Shown: positions 59,147-64,000 of the stretch, in pieces
How positions within the stretch are numbered: position 1 is the stretch's first letter
How the letters are laid out: each line of letters opens with the position of its first letter
Assembly (NCBI GenBank): GCA_963796965.1
Contig: CAWCNS010000007.1
Span: 160,001-224,000 of the forward strand
From: Calditrichia bacterium
GTDB taxonomy: Bacteria > Calditrichota > Calditrichia > JAJRVZ01
Length of the DNA: 64,000 nucleotides
Reading direction: 5' to 3'
Position numbers and translations under genes: made by a program
The notes under the pieces: generated by a model
Told to the model about the DNA's origin: nothing
Database searches by the model: none
Seen by the model: only the letters and a program-made list of their open reading frames with translations

Positions 59147-62100
59147 ATGAATCTGACTAAACTGGCTGTCGAACGTCCGATTGCCACAACCATGGTGTTT
59201 TTAATAATCATTATCCTCGGTATCAGTGGTTTCCGTTTTCTGCCCGTCGATCTTCTACCACCTATTGAGTATCCAATCATAGGCATTAGAACTTATTATC
59301 CAAATGTAGGACCAGAAGAAATTGAAACCATTATCACTGATCGTATAGAAAATGCCATTGCTGGGGTACCCAATATTGAGGAAATTCGTTCAACATCAGA
59401 AGAAGGCCGCAGTAGTGTCACCATTGAATTTTCTCAGGGAACAAATCTTGATGAAGCAGCAAATGATGCGCGAGCTGCTCTTGACCGTATCCGAGATGAT
59501 TTGCCACCGGAAATTGAATCACCCCGCCTTTGGAAATTTGACCCTGATAATTTCCCTATTATTATGATCGGTGCCCATTCAAACCGCAGCATGGATGAAA
59601 TGACCAGAATCCTGGAGCGGGAGATCTCGCAACGTTTTGAACAGATTCCTGGTGTTGGGACCGTGGATATTTGGGGTGGGGTATATCGCGAAATACAGAT
59701 ACGTTTAAAACGAGATCGGCTCGCTTCCAGGCAATTGTCCGCCTCCGATGTCCGGCAGGCATTAATAAGAGAAAATTTAACCCTTCCTGGTGGTGATATG
59801 AGGGAGGGGCTCAACGATATGTACGTACGCACCCGCGGAGAGTACCAGTCGCTTAATGAAATCGCCAATACTATAATTACGATGGTAGACGGACAACCTA
59901 TCCGTATCAAAGATATTGCTGAGGTTAAGGATGGTTTTAGTGATATTAGTCGCATTGTACAAATTGATAGACAAGCGATGGTGCGGATGGGGATACGCAA
60001 ACAATCGGGATCCAATACGGTTACTGTTGCACGAAAAGCCAGAGAAGTAATGGCGCAGATCAACCGTGAACGGGATGATATTCACCTCCTGGTTGTCATT
60101 GATCAGAGTGAGTTTATCCAAAATTCTATTAATAATGTTCAAAAATCAGCTATTTGGGGTGGACTTCTAGCTATTTTTATTCTTTATATTTTTCTACGAA
60201 ACGGTTCAACAACTTTTATTATTGCCCTCGCAATTCCAATCTCAATCATTGCAACCTTTGGACTGTTGTATTTTAATAATCTAACCTTGAATCAAATGAG
60301 CTTCGGTGGATTGGCATTAGGAATTGGACTCATTGTTGATAATGCGATTGTCGTGTTGGAAAATATTGTCAGACTACGCGAAAACCGTCACGAACTGGTG
60401 GAAAGTGCTTTAACTGGAACCAAGGAGGTTACGGGGGCAATTGTCGCCTCGACTTTAACTACTTTGGTCATTTTTCTGCCAGTTGTATTCATGCAGACTC
60501 TTTCTGCCATGCTGTTTAAGGAACTGGCCCTGGTTGTTGTCTTTGCTCTGCTATGTTCACTTTTCATTGCTCTCACGCTCGTACCAATGCTTAGCAGCCG
60601 CTTTCTAACCGTTCATGCGGGAGAAAAGACAACCGACAGCGAGAAATCACGGATTGGGCGCTGGTTCCTTCGACTGGAAAATAGATATTATCAATGGTTG
60701 CAGGAGGCCATAGAACATAAAAAAATTGTTTTCCTTGTCACAGCTGCTCTTTTAGTCATAACTATCTTGCTTTGGCCCCTGTTATCCGTAGAACTCGCTC
60801 CACAGACCGATGCTGATGAAATTGATGTCGATATACAAATGGCACAAGGAACTAATATTGCCGTTGTACACGAATATCTGATGGAACTTGAACAAATTGT
60901 ACGTTCAGTCATACCGATGGACCAGATCCGTCACATGACGGCTGAAATCCGACCTGGAGATGCCGAAGTTGAACTTTCACTAAAAAATGCCAATGAGCGA
61001 ACGATAAGTAGTTTTGATCTGGCTGATCAGATTCGTGCAAATGTGGCCGGACGTGTACCTGGGACGGATATACGCGTAACAGCCCAATCGGGATTGTGGA
61101 TGCTGCGCAGATTATTTGGATCTTCGGGAGGGGAGGCTGTACAGATCGAACTACGAGGGTATGATCTCGATCTGGCTGATTATCTGGCAAAAAATATTGA
61201 GGAAGTTGTGATGCACCACCCCGAAATTGCCGATGTGCGCATTAGTCGGCGTCAAGGACGCCCCGAACAGAATATGATCGTTAACCGTGAAAAAATTGCC
61301 AATCTTGGTATATCAGTAAGTCAGGTTGCTGAGGTCATTCAGACGAATATTGGTGGTATGCAAGCTGGGGTCTTCCACGAAGATGGTGAAGAGTATCCTA
61401 TAATTGTACGATTACAACCAAAAGACCGTCTCAATACCCAGGATTTAGGCAATGTTTCTGTACGTACTGCTTCCGGACAGATCCTACCGGTTTCTGCGAT
61501 CGTTGATATACAACGCCGGCGCAGTCCGGTAGAAATTGACAGAATTAATGGTCAGCGTGTCACATATATTACAGCTAATTTACAAAGCGGGGCGGCTCTC
61601 GGTGATGTGGTAAGTAAATTACAGGATGATTTACAAGGATTGTCTCTTCCTGAAGGATTTTCCCTCGTTTTCAGTGGTGAATTCCAAGAGCAGCAAGAGG
61701 CACAGCAAGATTTCTTAATTTCGATTTTAATGGCCGTAGTACTTATTTACATGGTAATGGCAGCTCAGTTCGAACGTTTCTTAGATCCCCTTATTGTCAT
61801 GGTTGCTGTTCCTCTGGCATTTATCGGTGTGGTACCTACGCTTTTAATAACGGGTACATCGCTAAATATCCAAAGTTTGATGGGAATTATCATGCTTATT
61901 GGTATTGTCGTAAATAATGCTATCGTGCTTGTAGATTATATTAATCTCCTGCGCCGTGATCAAAATATGCCTGTTAATCAGGCAGTAGTTCAGGCAGGCC
62001 GTTTACGCCTGCGACCAATCCTGATGACTACCTGTACAACTGTGCTTGGTATGTTACCGCTATCCTTTGGTACAGGTGCAGGTGGTGAAATTCAAGCCTC

Positions 62101-62215
62101 ACTGGCCAGGGCGGTTATCGGTGGACTCACTGCTTCCACTTTAATTACCTTGATATTAATTCCGGTGACATACATTACAGTTCATGGCATTTTTGATCGC
62201 CAGACTGCAAGATAG
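59147..62215 (+). CDS. AcrB/AcrD/AcrF-family RND permease
   Basis: LPVDLLP, GGLALGIGLIVDNAIVVLENI, RLRPILMT. Confidence 0.93.
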   Translation: MNLTKLAVERPIATTMVFLIIIILGISGFRFLPVDLLPPIEYPIIGIRTYYPNVGPEEIETIITDRIENAIAGVPNIEEIRSTSEEGRSSVTIEFSQGTNLDEAANDARAALDRIRDDLPPEIESPRLWKFDPDNFPIIMIGAHSNRSMDEMTRILEREISQRFEQIPGVGTVDIWGGVYREIQIRLKRDRLASRQLSASDVRQALIRENLTLPGGDMREGLNDMYVRTRGEYQSLNEIANTIITMVDGQPIRIKDIAEVKDGFSDISRIVQIDRQAMVRMGIRKQSGSNTVTVARKAREVMAQINRERDDIHLLVVIDQSEFIQNSINNVQKSAIWGGLLAIFILYIFLRNGSTTFIIALAIPISIIATFGLLYFNNLTLNQMSFGGLALGIGLIVDNAIVVLENIVRLRENRHELVESALTGTKEVTGAIVASTLTTLVIFLPVVFMQTLSAMLFKELALVVVFALLCSLFIALTLVPMLSSRFLTVHAGEKTTDSEKSRIGRWFLRLENRYYQWLQEAIEHKKIVFLVTAALLVITILLWPLLSVELAPQTDADEIDVDIQMAQGTNIAVVHEYLMELEQIVRSVIPMDQIRHMTAEIRPGDAEVELSLKNANERTISSFDLADQIRANVAGRVPGTDIRVTAQSGLWMLRRLFGSSGGEAVQIELRGYDLDLADYLAKNIEEVVMHHPEIADVRISRRQGRPEQNMIVNREKIANLGISVSQVAEVIQTNIGGMQAGVFHEDGEEYPIIVRLQPKDRLNTQDLGNVSVRTASGQILPVSAIVDIQRRRSPVEIDRINGQRVTYITANLQSGAALGDVVSKLQDDLQGLSLPEGFSLVFSGEFQEQQEAQQDFLISILMAVVLIYMVMAAQFERFLDPLIVMVAVPLAFIGVVPTLLITGTSLNIQSLMGIIMLIGIVVNNAIVLVDYINLLRRDQNMPVNQAVVQAGRLRLRPILMTTCTTVLGMLPLSFGTGAGGEIQASLARAVIGGLTASTLITLILIPVTYITVHGIFDRQTAR

Positions 62216-62345
62216 TTCATAGAATTAGTAAAAATTATAAAGACATTTACAGAAGGGAAACTATTGCTGAAATGATACAGGACAAATTTATAAATATTTC
62301 AAAAAATCTTTGCTAGAAATCTACTATCCACCGTATCTTCTGATA

Positions 62346-62402
62346 AATTTACCAATTACCAATTACCAATTACCAATTACCAGTTCCTAATTCTTAATTA
62401 CA
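62346..62402. repeat. Heptamer tandem repeat (AATTACC)n
   Basis: Four exact AATTACC units plus degenerate flanking units. Confidence 0.85.
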
Positions 62403-62408
62403 TATAAT

Positions 62409-62912
62409 ATGCCAGAACTAAATAAAACCCCACATCCAAATCTTTTTCTTCGTTTTGCTACAAAGAAGGATGCTTCGCTGATACTTGAATTTGTTAAAAA
62501 ATTAGCAGATTATGAAAAACTAAGCCATGAGGTGACAGCCACGCCTGAAATCCTTGAGAAGTCACTTTTTGGTGATCGTCAGGTTGCCGAAGTAATCATT
62601 GCTTATTATAACGATGCGCCGGCTGGTTTCTCCCTTTTCTTTCATAATTTCTCAACTTTTCTGGGTAAACCAGGCATTTACATCGAGGATATCTTTGTCA
62701 ATCCAGAATTAAGAGGAAAGGGCATTGGCCAGGCTTTACTTAAATTTGTTGCGAAACTTGCCGTCGAACGGTCGTGTGGACGTGTTGAATGGTCGGTTCT
62801 GGACTGGAATGAGCCTGCCATTAATTTTTATCGCAAATTGGGAGCAATCTCAATGGATGGCTGGACCACCTTCAGGTTAATGAACGAAACTTTAGAAGAA
62901 TTCGCAAGGTAA
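62409..62912 (+). CDS. GNAT N-acetyltransferase (diamine/spermidine acetyltransferase-like)
   Basis: LADYEKL, FSTFLG..IYIEDIFV, RGKGIG, WSVLDWN..AINFY. Confidence 0.9.
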   Translation: MPELNKTPHPNLFLRFATKKDASLILEFVKKLADYEKLSHEVTATPEILEKSLFGDRQVAEVIIAYYNDAPAGFSLFFHNFSTFLGKPGIYIEDIFVNPELRGKGIGQALLKFVAKLAVERSCGRVEWSVLDWNEPAINFYRKLGAISMDGWTTFRLMNETLEEFAR

Positions 62913-63020
62913 TAGTATTTGTCCTAGTATTTCCTGAACGAGGTAAAATACAAATTTCTAAATCCACAAAAATTCAAAAATACGATTAGAAGGTGGCAAT
63001 AAAGCAGGAAAGTAATTTGT

Positions 63021-63830
63021 ATGGATGCGCAGGAAATAAAATCACAATTCAAAGCTGTCTTTAATGAGATAGCGCCTCAATACGACTCCAACCAGTTTTT
63101 TTCTCACTCGGCAAAACTATTGGTTGATAGATATATTAACGAAAATTCTAAGACTATGCTCGATGTGGCCACAGGCACGGGAGCTATCGCTACATATGTA
63201 GCAAAAAAAAATCCTCATCTCAAAATAGTGGCCATTGATCATTCCCAGGAAATGTTAAATCAGGCAAAAAAAAAGGCAATTGCTCTAAAACTGCCTAATA
63301 TCGAATTTGTTTGCCAGGATGCAGAAAATATATCGAATAGACCGGACTTCTATGATATTATAACTTGTGGTTATGGGTTATTTTTCTTTCCGGAGATGGA
63401 ACAAACTTTTAAACACTTATATCATTTGCTCGGCCCTGACGGGAGGATGATTTTTTCTACCTTTTCTGAAAAGGCCTTCCAGCCGTTCACGGATTTATTC
63501 CTTGAAGCGTTAGAACGATATGAGGTAAAATTACCAAAATTATCCAGAGGTAGACTGAATACAGCTGAGAAGATAGACGATCTATGCAAATCTGCCGGGA
63601 TCAGGAATGTGGAGACTGAATTCGTTGAGATGCGGTATCAAATACCCGTTGAAGGTTGGTGGAATTTGCTCAACAGTGCTGGATACAAGGGTTTGATAAA
63701 ACTGATCGCTGACGATAAATTGGATCAATTTAAAGACGAACATCTGAGTAGGGTTGCACAACACGCTGTCGAATCAGAGATTCTTCTGGTTGCTGATACT
63801 TTGTACGGTGTTGTTAGAAATAAAAATTAA
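63021..63830 (+). CDS. Class I SAM-dependent methyltransferase
   Basis: MLDVATGTG, IDHSQEML, DAE. Confidence 0.88.
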   Translation: MDAQEIKSQFKAVFNEIAPQYDSNQFFSHSAKLLVDRYINENSKTMLDVATGTGAIATYVAKKNPHLKIVAIDHSQEMLNQAKKKAIALKLPNIEFVCQDAENISNRPDFYDIITCGYGLFFFPEMEQTFKHLYHLLGPDGRMIFSTFSEKAFQPFTDLFLEALERYEVKLPKLSRGRLNTAEKIDDLCKSAGIRNVETEFVEMRYQIPVEGWWNLLNSAGYKGLIKLIADDKLDQFKDEHLSRVAQHAVESEILLVADTLYGVVRNKN

Positions 63831-64000
63831 GGATTTATTAAAATCTCTCGCAGTGGCGCTAGGATGAAGCGTAAATGCTTCACTATTTCAGCAGGAAGCG
63901 GAAATTTGGTAGCCAGATCCATGGACTATACCGTGGGCATATATCATTAATGGTAGAAACCTATAAAGCACATATCTTTTGGAATAAATCGACTCTCACA

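Noticed and set aside
59434..60063. 209-aa antisense ORF and other short overlapping ORFs in the track
   Set aside because: Shadows of well-supported genes with no independent motifs

Overview
AT-rich bacterial chromosomal window with a diderm, Bacteroidota/Calditrichota-like gene repertoire (taxonomy inferred, not verified). Many genes between about 15-21 kb and 26-54.6 kb are split by 1-nt indels that look like long-read consensus errors. Content, left to right: small metabolic genes; a three-gene periplasmic operon (MauG-type diheme enzyme, Tat-exported metallophosphoesterase, His/Cys-type monoheme cytochrome c) behind a Per-box promoter and next to a PerR-like regulator; a polyamine operon (pdaD, deoxyhypusine-synthase-like, agmatinase); three sulfatases and a GH78 rhamnosidase; a signalling cluster (two class III cyclases, Ser/Thr kinase-TPR); an IS1182-family element inserted in a palindrome; a CzcCBA-like efflux operon; a ClC-CBS channel with an HTH-PTS IIA gene; a divergent giant (about 2200 codons if one gene) PLP-enzyme/PEPCK-like fusion; tRNA-Tyr; an RND pair; a GNAT; and a methyltransferase. 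Intergenic DNA holds several nested short-repeat families and two diverged inverted copies of a ~230-bp MITE-like element. The best candidates for an undescribed system are the PerR-linked MauG/metallophosphoesterase/cytochrome operon (6.8-10.1 kb) and the PLP-PEPCK giant with its PTS IIA/ClC neighbours (47.7-57.2 kb).
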